A stretch of 54,338 bases of DNA from an uncultured archaeon (GTDB lineage Archaea > Asgardarchaeota > Lokiarchaeia > Sigyniarchaeales > SOKP01), in contig CAZDTP010000023.1 in assembly GCA_964508365.1 (NCBI GenBank), forward strand, positions 1 to 54,338, in the 5' to 3' direction. This document shows, piece after piece, positions 29,960 to 40,029 of the stretch; within the stretch, counting starts at the first letter, position 1, and every line of letters begins with the position of its first letter. A program made the position numbers and the translations under genes. The notes below the pieces were generated by a model that saw nothing but the letters and a program-made list of their open reading frames with translations, was not told where the DNA came from and searched no databases.

Positions 29960-31282
29960 CTATCGTGAGAGGGAATTCATGTGATTAATTCTTTTTTGTA
30001 GTAGTTTTGCCGTTCCGATATCTTTTCTATAAAATAGTTTGCCACTAATGCATCCAACTCCTTGTTCAGCAACCTTTTCAGCAGCTTCTAAATCATTAGC
30101 AATGCCGACAATTCCCATGGCTCTCGATGATGTAGTGTAAACATTTCCACCTTCTCGGTAAACTGACGCGTAGTAATATTTTGCACCAATTTGTTCCAGT
30201 TTCATCTTATTTATTATTACTAATTCATTTTTTTTCGGAGAAGTAGGGTATCCTTCGGGAGCCAAATACTTGCAAACAGTAGCTTTTTTTTCAAATAGTA
30301 TCTCTGATTTTAAATTACCGTTAATAATTCCCATACATATATCGATAAAATTAGTTTTTAAAAGAGGTAAAGTGTTCATTGCTTCAGGATCTCCAAGCCT
30401 TGCGTTAAATTCTATTAATTTAATGCCATTATTAGTTTTAATATACCCCCCATAGAGAAATCCTTTAAATTGAACTCCTGTTTCTGCCTTTGTGGCTGCT
30501 ACTACTTTCCTCATATCTTCTATTGCTTCGTCTACATCTTCCTGTGATATAAAAGGCATCAAATGGTCTTCCATTGAATAACTTCCCATGCCTCCGGTGT
30601 TGGGGCCTGTATCGTCTTCATAAGCTCTTTTATGATCTTGAACTAGTGGAGTAGCGACTACATTTTTTCCATCAACGAATGTTTGAAGAGTAAATTCTTC
30701 TCCATCGACTTTTTCCTCGAGGAGAAAAGAAGCCTTTTGATCGACTAATGCTTGACAGTATTCTAATATATCTTGTTTAGTAAAAAGATGATCTCCATAG
30801 ACTTTTACACCTTTTCCTCCAGTCAATCCATCTGGTTTAACTACAATATTTTCTTTACCTAAATCTTTAATAAAACTTTCTACATTTTCCATTGAACTGA
30901 AATTTTTACTTAAGATATTGGAAGCGATTTTATATTTTTCCATAAGATTACGCGTAAATATTTTCGAACCTTCTAATTGAGCGGCTTCAATTCTAGGACC
31001 GACACAAGGAATCCCGCTTTTTTCCAAAGCATCAACAATACCAACGACCAGAGGTGCTTCTGGGCCAATAATAGCGAAATCTATACTATTTTCTTTAGAA
31101 AATTCAATAATTTCCTTAAAATCTGTTTCAGAGTGAATCTTTATCCTTCCTTGGCTTAAATCTTCTAATCCTGCGTTTTTAGAACTCATGAACGCGTATA
31201 AAGTGGCTCCATCTCTTACTAAAGTCTCTCCTATTACGTGTTCCCTAGCTCCATGTCCGATTATAAGAGTTTTGACTGTCAA
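29960..31282 (-). CDS. purD: Phosphoribosylamine-glycine ligase
   Basis: IGHGAREH, IGPEAPLV.GIVD, LEGSK, VVKPDGLTGGKGV, QDHKRAYEDDTGPNTGGMGSYS, IEFNARLGDPE. Confidence 0.97.
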   Translation of the reverse strand: MTVKTLIIGHGAREHVIGETLVRDGATLYAFMSSKNAGLEDLSQGRIKIHSETDFKEIIEFSKENSIDFAIIGPEAPLVVGIVDALEKSGIPCVGPRIEAAQLEGSKIFTRNLMEKYKIASNILSKNFSSMENVESFIKDLGKENIVVKPDGLTGGKGVKVYGDHLFTKQDILEYCQALVDQKASFLLEEKVDGEEFTLQTFVDGKNVVATPLVQDHKRAYEDDTGPNTGGMGSYSMEDHLMPFISQEDVDEAIEDMRKVVAATKAETGVQFKGFLYGGYIKTNNGIKLIEFNARLGDPEAMNTLPLLKTNFIDICMGIINGNLKSEILFEKKATVCKYLAPEGYPTSPKKNELVIINKMKLEQIGAKYYYASVYREGGNVYTTSSRAMGIVGIANDLEAAEKVAEQGVGCISGKLFYRKDIGTAKLLQKRINHMNSLSR

Positions 31283-31504
31283 ATTTTATACTCTCCTTTA
31301 AATGAATTTCTTTTGAGTATTAAGATTATATAATTGAATTTAAATTGTTTTACATCAAATTTAAAGATTAGAAAAATTGGTTATAATTTTTGAAGTTTAA
31401 CTCTTTTTAAACTAGAAAGCAATTAAATATTTAATTAAAAAATCAGTCGAAACTTTAATATAGGAATTATCTTAAATTTAATTAAATTAGGATGATATAG
31501 GATT

Positions 31505-34144
31505 ATGAAAGCTAAAGGTATTCTCACTCTAACCGGCGAAAAACTAAGATGCTCAGCTATGCCTTTGGGAGGTATAGGTACAGGCACAATTGCTCTTGGA
31601 GGAGATGGACTTTTAAAACAATGGCAAATTACTAACACGGTAAAACATCGCGCTTTCGTGCCTAATAGTTTTTTCGCTGTAAGAACTCGAACATTGAACA
31701 ACTCGAACGAAAATCCAATTTCACGAGCGCTTATATGTACTAAAGTTCATGATGGTATTGATTTCATACCCGCTAAATCTGTTAGTGATCATATAATCAC
31801 TAATAATATGAAAGAGTTCTTTGATAAATTACCTCAAGTAGAGGACATAGTTTTTGACGGAGAATATCCCATATCGTTCTTAAAATTTGAAGATAAATCA
31901 TTACCAATTGAGACCAGTTTAATCGCATTTACGCCATTTATTCCACTAGACTCAAAAAATTCGGGAATTCCCGTAATTATATTCCAAATTCATATTAAAA
32001 ATATTTCTGATTTTCAAGTAGAAGCGATTGTCTTAGGAAACTTAATGAATTTTTTAGGTTGGGACGGGATTAAAACAATTAGAAATGAATCTAGTCCGCT
32101 ATTTGGCGGCAATTACAACGAACAAAAGAAACTTCAATCATGGAAGGCAATTTGTATGAAATCGAAGACTCTTCTCAAAACCGATAAGCGTTACGGCGAT
32201 TTAACATTTGCGATCGATCAACACGATGCTATGGTATCGTCTCAATGGGAAAACTTGGATAAATTTTGGTCAATGTTCTCTGATAAAGGAGTATTATTTG
32301 AAGTTGAACATGGTGATATAAGTGAATATGAAAAAACTTGGACTGGAAGTCTTGCGGCAAAGAATGTCTTGAACCCTGGTGAGAACAAGGTAATCAATTT
32401 TTGCCTAACATGGAACTTTCCAAACCGTATAGTCGATTGGCATATAAATAAATCTTTAATAAATGACGATAAAACAGAATATTGGACAGGTAATAGATAT
32501 AACGAGTGGTTTAAAAATTCGTTCGATACTCTGAAATATGTTCGGAATAATTGGGAGATGCTATTGAATTATACAACCAAGTTTCATAAGGATTTTTTTT
32601 CTTGTTCCTTACCATATGATGTATTAACTTCTATTTCTGCTACTCTTTCGACGATTCGAACACCAACTTGTTTTTGGAACAGAGATGGAACATTTCATGG
32701 ATTTGAAGGATGTCATGGAGCCTCTACAGGTAAAAGTTCAGGAGGATGTTGTCCTCTAAATTGTACACATGTCTGGAATTACGAATTTAGCTTAGCTCAT
32801 TTGTTTCCTTCTCTCGAAAGAACGATGAGAGAAACAGAGTTTAAAATGCAGCATAAATTAGGCTATTTACCACACCGGACAGTTATTCCATTGTATTTAC
32901 CACAATTTGGGGAAATCCCGGATATCGGAGATGTTCCACCAGCCATTGATGGAATGTTTGGAATGATATTAAAAATTTATAGAGATTTTCTAATAACAAA
33001 CGATAGTGATTTTCTTAAAAGATCATGGGTATATATTGAAAAATTAATGGAATTTATATTTAAAGAATATGAAAACGAATCTGATGGATTGATAACGAGA
33101 GCTCAACCTAACACATATGATTGTTCTATTTATGGATTAAATACATTTATTAGTTCACTTAATTTAGTTGCGTTATTAGCGTGCGAACGGATTGCTTTAG
33201 AGTTAGATAATAATAGTTGGGCAAAAATTTGTAGAGAAAAATATAATTTTATTAGAGAAGTAATCGATAAAGAATGTTGGAATGGAGAATATTACATTCA
33301 AATATTTAACATTTCAGAAATAAAAAAATTTCAATATGGCATAGGTTGTCTTTCAGATCAACTAATTGGTCAATGGTGGGCGTTTAATTTAGGTTTAGGG
33401 TATATTTTTCCTAAAGCACATGTCCTACAAGCTGTAAAGTCTATTGTCAAATATAATTTTAAAGAAACCTTAGATGGTTTAAAGCAAACTCCCAGAGAAT
33501 TTGCTTCTAATTACGATTCAGGTTTATTGAATTGTAGTTGGCCAAATGGAGGAAAACCTGAAGTTCCAACATATTATACGGATGAAGTTTGGACTGGGAT
33601 TGAATACGAAGTTGCTGCGCTCTGTTTTTATATCGGAGAAATTGAGTCGGGATTGAAAATAATAAAAGCAGTTAGAGATCGATACGATGGAACTCATCGG
33701 AATCCTTGGAACGAGGTAGAATGCGGTGATCACTATGTAAGACCGATGTCTTCTTGGACTTTACTTCATGCTTTAACAGGAATATCGTATTCTTCAAAAT
33801 TGAATCGATTATCCTTATCTCCTAAAATAAATCAGCGAGATTTTCAGTCATTTTTTATTACTAATTCAGCTTGGGGTAAAGTATATCATAAAATTACTCA
33901 AAAGAGGCTTAAATGTTCCATAGCGATCTCCTATGGAACATTGGAATTGAGTTCGATAACGATTGATATAAAAGGCGAATTTAAGGAGTTAAAAATTAGC
34001 AAATCAATAGTCATATCAGAAGGGAAATATCAAGACGTAATTGTAAAGCAAATATTCAAGGATTCGATTATCAAAATATCATTTGATGAATCCCTAAATC
34101 TGAATGAAAAACGCCAACTCCGTTTAGAATTTGAATATGTGTAG
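31505..34144 (+). CDS. Glycoside hydrolase family 116 (GBA2-like beta-glucosidase)
   Basis: MPLGGIGTG, FHGFEG, NCTHVWNY, NTYD, DQLIGQW, EVWTGIEY, NPWNEVECGDHYVRPMSSW. Confidence 0.92.
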   Translation: MKAKGILTLTGEKLRCSAMPLGGIGTGTIALGGDGLLKQWQITNTVKHRAFVPNSFFAVRTRTLNNSNENPISRALICTKVHDGIDFIPAKSVSDHIITNNMKEFFDKLPQVEDIVFDGEYPISFLKFEDKSLPIETSLIAFTPFIPLDSKNSGIPVIIFQIHIKNISDFQVEAIVLGNLMNFLGWDGIKTIRNESSPLFGGNYNEQKKLQSWKAICMKSKTLLKTDKRYGDLTFAIDQHDAMVSSQWENLDKFWSMFSDKGVLFEVEHGDISEYEKTWTGSLAAKNVLNPGENKVINFCLTWNFPNRIVDWHINKSLINDDKTEYWTGNRYNEWFKNSFDTLKYVRNNWEMLLNYTTKFHKDFFSCSLPYDVLTSISATLSTIRTPTCFWNRDGTFHGFEGCHGASTGKSSGGCCPLNCTHVWNYEFSLAHLFPSLERTMRETEFKMQHKLGYLPHRTVIPLYLPQFGEIPDIGDVPPAIDGMFGMILKIYRDFLITNDSDFLKRSWVYIEKLMEFIFKEYENESDGLITRAQPNTYDCSIYGLNTFISSLNLVALLACERIALELDNNSWAKICREKYNFIREVIDKECWNGEYYIQIFNISEIKKFQYGIGCLSDQLIGQWWAFNLGLGYIFPKAHVLQAVKSIVKYNFKETLDGLKQTPREFASNYDSGLLNCSWPNGGKPEVPTYYTDEVWTGIEYEVAALCFYIGEIESGLKIIKAVRDRYDGTHRNPWNEVECGDHYVRPMSSWTLLHALTGISYSSKLNRLSLSPKINQRDFQSFFITNSAWGKVYHKITQKRLKCSIAISYGTLELSSITIDIKGEFKELKISKSIVISEGKYQDVIVKQIFKDSIIKISFDESLNLNEKRQLRLEFEYV

Positions 34145-34219
34145 ACAAAAAATATGAGTAGATAAATTTTTTCTCAATTATTAATCTGTGAAATTACTAA
34201 AAAAGGGTTTTAAATGGTT

Positions 34220-34888
34220 TTAACTCATAATTTTTTGTTTAAAGATATCGATAGTATCCGAAATTTCATTTAACCGCACTGAAAATTCTTTTGGCTTCAA
34301 TTTCTTTAATTTTTCAAAATCATTTATGATTTCCTTGAATTCGTTAATCCAGATTTTCATAAGTATCTCGTTTTCTTTTCCTTCGACTTGCTTATTGATG
34401 ATTGTGCTAATCGATGAATTAACTTTATCCATAAATGACTTTTCATTTATTGTATAAGAGATTTTTAAAACATCTTGCTGAGTTTTAAGATTTTCTATAT
34501 CTTCCTTCATAGATGATTTGTGCTGTAATAATTCTTCATTGAACTTATTTATCATATCCATGATGATTTCTTCTTGAGTTCTAATGGTTTGTTCATTTCG
34601 TTCTTGGCTAGAAAAAATATCATTTTTGATTGATGTTATCTCTTGTTTTACGGACTTCATCTCAAGTTCTAAATTAGATACTTGATCTATTAAAATTTGA
34701 ATTGCTTTGGTGTTTGATTTAAGCGAATCCATTTTAGATATAGTCTTTTCATATTGATCTGCTAAATTTTGCATAATTTTCGGGACATTTTTCAAAGAAT
34801 TAAAATCTTTTTCGAGACTATCAACTTGTTCAATTAAATTTTGAAAATCTTTGGAAGTAATTTCTTCAATTTTATCTTTTTTAGGAAT
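34220..34888 (-). CDS. Coiled-coil hypothetical protein (222 aa if started at ATT)
   Basis: The frame stays open 93 nt upstream of the track TTG (34795) to ATT at 34888, preceded by AGGTGA 6 nt upstream; heptad-rich sequence throughout. Confidence 0.7.
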   Translation of the reverse strand: MPKKDKIEEITSKDFQNLIEQVDSLEKDFNSLKNVPKIMQNLADQYEKTISKMDSLKSNTKAIQILIDQVSNLELEMKSVKQEITSIKNDIFSSQERNEQTIRTQEEIIMDMINKFNEELLQHKSSMKEDIENLKTQQDVLKISYTINEKSFMDKVNSSISTIINKQVEGKENEILMKIWINEFKEIINDFEKLKKLKPKEFSVRLNEISDTIDIFKQKIMS

Positions 34889-34930
34889 TATATTTCACCT
34901 TTAATGTTCTAATATGTTGCATAATAATTT

Positions 34931-35902
34931 TTAATTGTTCTTATCAGATTTCTCAAGCTCCAAAATTGAATCTAATTTTAATTCAAAGTCCTTATTCATA
35001 TTTGATAGATCACTTAGTGATTTATCAATATTCTCAATTAGAGCATTGATTGGAGATTTTTTTAATTCCGAAATTAACTCAGAAATAACAACCAAATTGT
35101 TTTTGAAAGCACTGAAAATATTTTCTTTGATTTTATTTTTATCAATATCAAATTCTCTGATTTTTTTAAGATCACTAATTTCCTTAAGAGGAACGAGTTC
35201 ATTATTGGTTAATTTTATATTTTTTTTAGAAATTTTTGGAGTAATTTTATTATGAAGCGTATTTGAATCAATTTCATTAATGTTAATAATTAATACATTT
35301 AATTGATCTTCAGATTTAGATACTGAAGTTAAAAAATTCTTTGAGATATCTTGAAATTGTGCTTGATTAGCACTTTTCTCCAATTTTTTTAAAAAATCAT
35401 AAACTACAAGTGTAAATAGCTCTGCAATATTATCTTGGGTTTTTGCAGAAACGAATACTATTGGAAATCCTTGAATTTGATATTTTCTTATATTGTTCAA
35501 AAGAATTTCAGAATCTTCAGGTTTTACTAAGTCAGATTTATTTCCTATTAAATAAATAACGCATTCAGGAGAGTATTTTGCTAAGTTTTTAAGATATGAG
35601 TCTTTTATTTCTTGAAGACTCTCCTTTGGGTTGTTCAAGTCAAATAATAGTAGAGCTGAATCCAAATTACTAAAAAACACGGGATTCAAAGGGTTGAAAC
35701 TTCTTTGCCCCCCAATATCCCATATATTTAACCTTATATGGTTATTTGTTAATCTATATTCTTTTCTGGCGATATTACTGCCAATAGTGGGGATGTACAT
35801 AGAAGGAAAATCTTTTCCCACGATTGTATTGACCATGGATGTTTTACCGACACCCCATTGACCCAATATAGTGAGTTTAATATTGATTTCAGAGATTATC
35901 AT
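34931..35902 (-). CDS. Rab-like small GTPase with long C-terminal helical/coiled-coil extension
   Basis: G1 GQWGVGKTS, G2 YIPTIG, G3 WDIGGQ, G4 GNKSD, G5 SAK; about 150 extra C-terminal residues; no terminal Cys. Confidence 0.92.
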   Translation of the reverse strand: MIISEINIKLTILGQWGVGKTSMVNTIVGKDFPSMYIPTIGSNIARKEYRLTNNHIRLNIWDIGGQRSFNPLNPVFFSNLDSALLLFDLNNPKESLQEIKDSYLKNLAKYSPECVIYLIGNKSDLVKPEDSEILLNNIRKYQIQGFPIVFVSAKTQDNIAELFTLVVYDFLKKLEKSANQAQFQDISKNFLTSVSKSEDQLNVLIININEIDSNTLHNKITPKISKKNIKLTNNELVPLKEISDLKKIREFDIDKNKIKENIFSAFKNNLVVISELISELKKSPINALIENIDKSLSDLSNMNKDFELKLDSILELEKSDKNN

Positions 35903-36013
35903 GAGTAGTAATTAAAAAAAATATTGACAATTTATTAAACTATAAAAAAAGGGCTATTTAAATCTGCTTTATTCTTAAGCAGAATCTATTATAAAACAAT
36001 ATCAAATACTCTT

Positions 36014-36610
36014 TTATTTAGAAGGATTAGTGTGATTTTTTTCTGAAAATTCTTTAAAAGCATACACTATTCTTTGGAGAACTGTTACATTAGTGCCAAT
36101 GGCAAGAAGAACCATTGTCCACCAGATTGCGGTGGGAAACCAGATTTGAAATATCGAGCCTATAAAAAGGATTGGAACCCTATCTGTCCTTTCAATCAAT
36201 CCCACACCGTATAAATTTGGAACTCCTAGACTTTCTATTTTGGCTCTAGTATACGAAGTTAAAAATGCTCCCGCTAATGTAATTAGTCCAATATAGACAT
36301 TAGTATAGCCACCAAGAATAATGCCAAAAAAAATGAAGAAATCTCCTATTCTATCTAAAGTAGAATCTAAAAAAGCTCCCAATTTAGTTGGTCCTTGCAA
36401 TCGAGCTACTAAGCCATCTAATTGATCAAAAAATTCAACTATAAATAGAGTTATTATAATGAAAACTAGATTTTGGACCATAAAACTAAGAAGTGTTAAA
36501 AACGCGAAAAAAAGACCTAGAGCAGTAATAAAGTTAGCGGGTATATTTCTTATCTTTTTCCCCAATGGAAGTAATAATTTTTCTGAGAACTTTTTTACTC
36601 CTAATAACAT
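36014..36610 (-). CDS. CDP-alcohol phosphatidyltransferase (archaetidylinositol-phosphate synthase-like)
   Basis: Signature DQLDGLVAR...GAFLDSTLDR, SYTRAKIES, GLIERTDR. Confidence 0.88.
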   Translation of the reverse strand: MLLGVKKFSEKLLLPLGKKIRNIPANFITALGLFFAFLTLLSFMVQNLVFIIITLFIVEFFDQLDGLVARLQGPTKLGAFLDSTLDRIGDFFIFFGIILGGYTNVYIGLITLAGAFLTSYTRAKIESLGVPNLYGVGLIERTDRVPILFIGSIFQIWFPTAIWWTMVLLAIGTNVTVLQRIVYAFKEFSEKNHTNPSK

Positions 36611-36712
36611 CTTGCTTTATTATATTAGATTTAATGGGTTATATCTTTTTCTAAATATAAGGCATACAATAATTTATAATTAATGAATCAAAGAGAAAAA
36701 AAAAATTTTTTT

Positions 36713-38218
36713 TTATACACCATAAATCGGGTAAAATTTCTTTTCCAAATATTCTATAAAGTAGTCTGGATTTAAGCCTTCTCCCGTTACCCTTCTAATC
36801 AAGTCTTTGGCTTGATAGATTCTTCCGTATTGGTGGATATTTTCTCTTAAAAATGTCAATAAGTTAGAAAAATTACCCTTTTCATACTCTTCTGGCAAGG
36901 CTGGCTGCTCTTTAAGCGCTTTTTTATAAAACTGTGCTCCATATAAATTACCTAAAAAGTAAGTTGGAAAGTAACCAAAAGATCCCCCAGACCAATGAAC
37001 ATCTTGTAAAACACCATCTGCATTGTTTGGAGGTGTTATTCCTAATAAATCCTCCATTTTTGAATTCCATATTTCGGGTAATTCATTAACCTTGACATTT
37101 CCCTCAATGATATCTCTCTCTAATTCGAATCTTAAAATTATATGCATTCCGTACGTCACTTCATCAGCTTCTACACGAATAAGAGATGGTTGGACCGTGT
37201 TAATACTTCGATAAAAATCATCCATAGATACACCTTTTAAATTGCTTGGAAAACTTTTTTCTAATTTAGGAAACCAAAATTTCCAAAAATCTTTGCTACG
37301 CCCTACCATATTTTCCCACATGCGCGATTGCGATTCATGAATACCCATTGAACAGCCATCGGCTAAAATGTTATCATGAATTTCTTCCATAAATCCCATT
37401 TCATATAATGCGTGCCCACATTCATGAATCGATCCAAAAAGGCATGCTGGGAAGAGATCTTCGTTAATTCGTGTGGTAAATCTTGTGTCCGTTGAAGAAA
37501 GAGATATTGTAAATGGATGTGCAGATTTATCTTGACGTCCTTTATTAAAATCATAATTCAATCTCTTTATTACTTCAATGCTAAAATCCCATTGTTTTTC
37601 TGCTTCCCATTTCTGGGTAATAATGGAAAAGTCTGGTTTATCTTCTGATACATCCAATTTTTTTATGATTTTATTTAGTGCTAGTTTTGATTTGCTGAAA
37701 ATCTTCGAGATCCAATCATAGGTAGCTCCAGGTTCGTAGAGATCGATGAGCGTTGAGTATGGATCAGGATGTGTATCTAATTTCTCTGCTACTTGAATTT
37801 GGAGTCCTATCATTTTTTCTAATAGTGGTTGAAATAGAGAAAAATCATCTTTTTTCCTGGCTTCAACCCATTTAACATAGCCTAAAGAAGATGTCTTTGA
37901 AATTTCTTCAACCAATTCCGTTGGTAATTTAACTTCTTGTTCGTAATCTCTTTTAGCTTCTCGTAAAGTGGCCGCATCAATTAAGTTTAAATGATCTAAC
38001 TTTTCAGATTCTTTGATCAGATTTCCTATTTTATCAGAAATTAATCGCTCATGAACAATTTTACTTAAGAGAGCACTTTGTTCTGCTCTGCCACCAAAAG
38101 AGCCTTTAGGTAAATTTACTTGTTCATCCCACGCTAATAATTTACGGATATAATTAAGTCGAGTTATCTCACTAAATTTTTTCTTAAGTTCCTCCATAGA
38201 ATTCATATTTTTAAACAC
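36713..38218 (-). CDS. Carboxypeptidase, M32 (Taq) family
   Basis: LLAWD, DLYEPG, HPF, HECGH (HExxH), HESQSR, IRVEADE, QDVHW, GYFPTY. Confidence 0.95.
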   Translation of the reverse strand: MFKNMNSMEELKKKFSEITRLNYIRKLLAWDEQVNLPKGSFGGRAEQSALLSKIVHERLISDKIGNLIKESEKLDHLNLIDAATLREAKRDYEQEVKLPTELVEEISKTSSLGYVKWVEARKKDDFSLFQPLLEKMIGLQIQVAEKLDTHPDPYSTLIDLYEPGATYDWISKIFSKSKLALNKIIKKLDVSEDKPDFSIITQKWEAEKQWDFSIEVIKRLNYDFNKGRQDKSAHPFTISLSSTDTRFTTRINEDLFPACLFGSIHECGHALYEMGFMEEIHDNILADGCSMGIHESQSRMWENMVGRSKDFWKFWFPKLEKSFPSNLKGVSMDDFYRSINTVQPSLIRVEADEVTYGMHIILRFELERDIIEGNVKVNELPEIWNSKMEDLLGITPPNNADGVLQDVHWSGGSFGYFPTYFLGNLYGAQFYKKALKEQPALPEEYEKGNFSNLLTFLRENIHQYGRIYQAKDLIRRVTGEGLNPDYFIEYLEKKFYPIYGV

Positions 38219-38337
38219 TTGCTTTAAATTATTATTGAAATTTATATAGGCGACTTAAATCTACGTAAATAAAAAAAATTTACTTTTCTTATTAGAAACT
38301 AAATTATTTTATTATGTGAAAATCTAGTCAAATACCT

Positions 38338-39858
38338 CTACATGGAGTCGTGTTTCACAAAAAAGTTAGCTGCAGATTCGATATCCTCAACAGTAAGAGG
38401 TCTTGCTAGAGTTTTTTGTAGTTCTGTTATTAATTGAGAACATAATTTTAGACTTAATGAGCTTCCACTTTGTTCAATCATTTTTTGAAGCATTTCAGGA
38501 TAAATATTTTCGCTCTCACTTTGTTCTAGCGTTGGACGTTTCTCTTCGGGTAAAACTTCGTTTATATCAAGCGTAATGTCTTCTTTATCTATATCTACTG
38601 CTTCTGAAGCATCTGATTTTGAAAATAATAATAAATCCTCTGTCTCTTGCTTAACTACGGGTAATCTTGAAGCCTTAATCGTAGCTTTAGGTACTTCGAT
38701 TGGGGGAGGTTTAATATGGGGTTCATTGGATGGCAATGGTTGCACTTGAATTCGTCTTGTAAATTGAATTTTTCCTGGCATCTCAAATTTCTTTTTGCTT
38801 TCTATTTGTTTTCTCATTTCAGTTTGTTCGTCGATTTTTTCTTGTAATTCTGCTATTTTTTCCTTAATTGTGGAAATGTAAGTAAAATCTTGATAATCAC
38901 TTGAAATTTTTACAAGTTCTTTGTACCTAGCAATTGCGAGTATTAAATTCCCATCATTTTCAATTCTTTTAGCTTCATTAAACGACTCAATAAAATGATG
39001 AGGTAAAAGTTTTTTTAAATTGAGGTTTCTAGCGATTAAGAGTTTAATTTTTTCTTGAACTCCCGTTTCTATTAATGAAATTTCTTCAAAATCAGAAATG
39101 TCTAATTCGTTTTTTGCGATTTTCAAGTCATTTTTATTGATTAAATCGCGTTTATTTCCAAGAATAAGGAGCTTGGAGAATTTGCTTTCTTGTTTCTGCA
39201 AATCAAAAAAATGGTTAATAACTCTGATATGATAATTAGATAAATCGAACAGTAGAATAACCAAGTCAGACCCTTGTATGAATTTTGACCATAAAAGCGA
39301 AAAATTATCTTTTAATTCAAAATCCCAAAGATCGAACTTCAAATTATCCATAGTAATAATCGATGCTCTTGCGAAGTTCATAATTTGACGTACCTGGTCG
39401 CTCTTTATCATATTGAATAGTTGAGTTTTACCAGAATTAGTTGGTCCAATAATTGCGATTTTTGAATGTAATTGGTGTTGCTGTTCTCTCAAAAAATTCA
39501 CAAATTCTCGTTTTTTATCATCTGGATTACTTACATCTGTTGGATTTGGAAACAATTCAATAAACATTTTTATTGTGTTGTCTAAAATTGGGGATATATA
39601 TTCAAGACTATCAACTAAGTCTGTAATAAATAAAAATAATACATTTTTTTCTGATTTATGGAATATTTGGAAATTTTCTGAAACAGGTCGATGAAAAGTT
39701 TTGCCCATCATAGGCATATCTAAAAAAGACTGGATAACCCTCCTAACATTTTTCAACTCCTCATCTCCTAGTGCGAGAGCGTATGTATGATTATAAATAT
39801 TTTTTCCAGAATAAAATATGTGGATTTGCCGAAGTATTTTTATCTCCTCATTTTTCAA
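38338..39858 (-). CDS. Longin-like domain + small GTPase + helical/low-complexity tail
   Basis: N-terminal ~100 aa longin-like pattern (RQIHIFY...VLFLFITD...LDNTIKMFIELF); G1 GPTNSGKT, degenerate G3 WDFELK, G4 GNKRD; helical bundle and Pro-rich linker follow. Confidence 0.8.
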   Translation of the reverse strand: MKNEEIKILRQIHIFYSGKNIYNHTYALALGDEELKNVRRVIQSFLDMPMMGKTFHRPVSENFQIFHKSEKNVLFLFITDLVDSLEYISPILDNTIKMFIELFPNPTDVSNPDDKKREFVNFLREQQHQLHSKIAIIGPTNSGKTQLFNMIKSDQVRQIMNFARASIITMDNLKFDLWDFELKDNFSLLWSKFIQGSDLVILLFDLSNYHIRVINHFFDLQKQESKFSKLLILGNKRDLINKNDLKIAKNELDISDFEEISLIETGVQEKIKLLIARNLNLKKLLPHHFIESFNEAKRIENDGNLILAIARYKELVKISSDYQDFTYISTIKEKIAELQEKIDEQTEMRKQIESKKKFEMPGKIQFTRRIQVQPLPSNEPHIKPPPIEVPKATIKASRLPVVKQETEDLLLFSKSDASEAVDIDKEDITLDINEVLPEEKRPTLEQSESENIYPEMLQKMIEQSGSSLSLKLCSQLITELQKTLARPLTVEDIESAANFFVKHDSM

Positions 39859-40029
39859 GGAATTCTTTAATGGCTTTAATAATATATATTTAATCTCTCA
39901 TTAATATATTTTACAATTAAAAGTACTTTCAGTTAGTTAGTATGAAACATAATAGAAAAGTTTAGAATCGGTGTTAAATATTATTTAAAATGTATATTAT
40001 GATTTTCTAAACCAAAAAAGCTCTGAAAA

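Noticed and set aside
19338-36610. GPI-anchor-like pathway from the PIG-L-family deacetylase plus the inositol-lipid synthase
   Set aside because: The genes are 16 kb apart, no PIG-A-like glycosyltransferase is in the window, and the LmbE family has many unrelated substrates.
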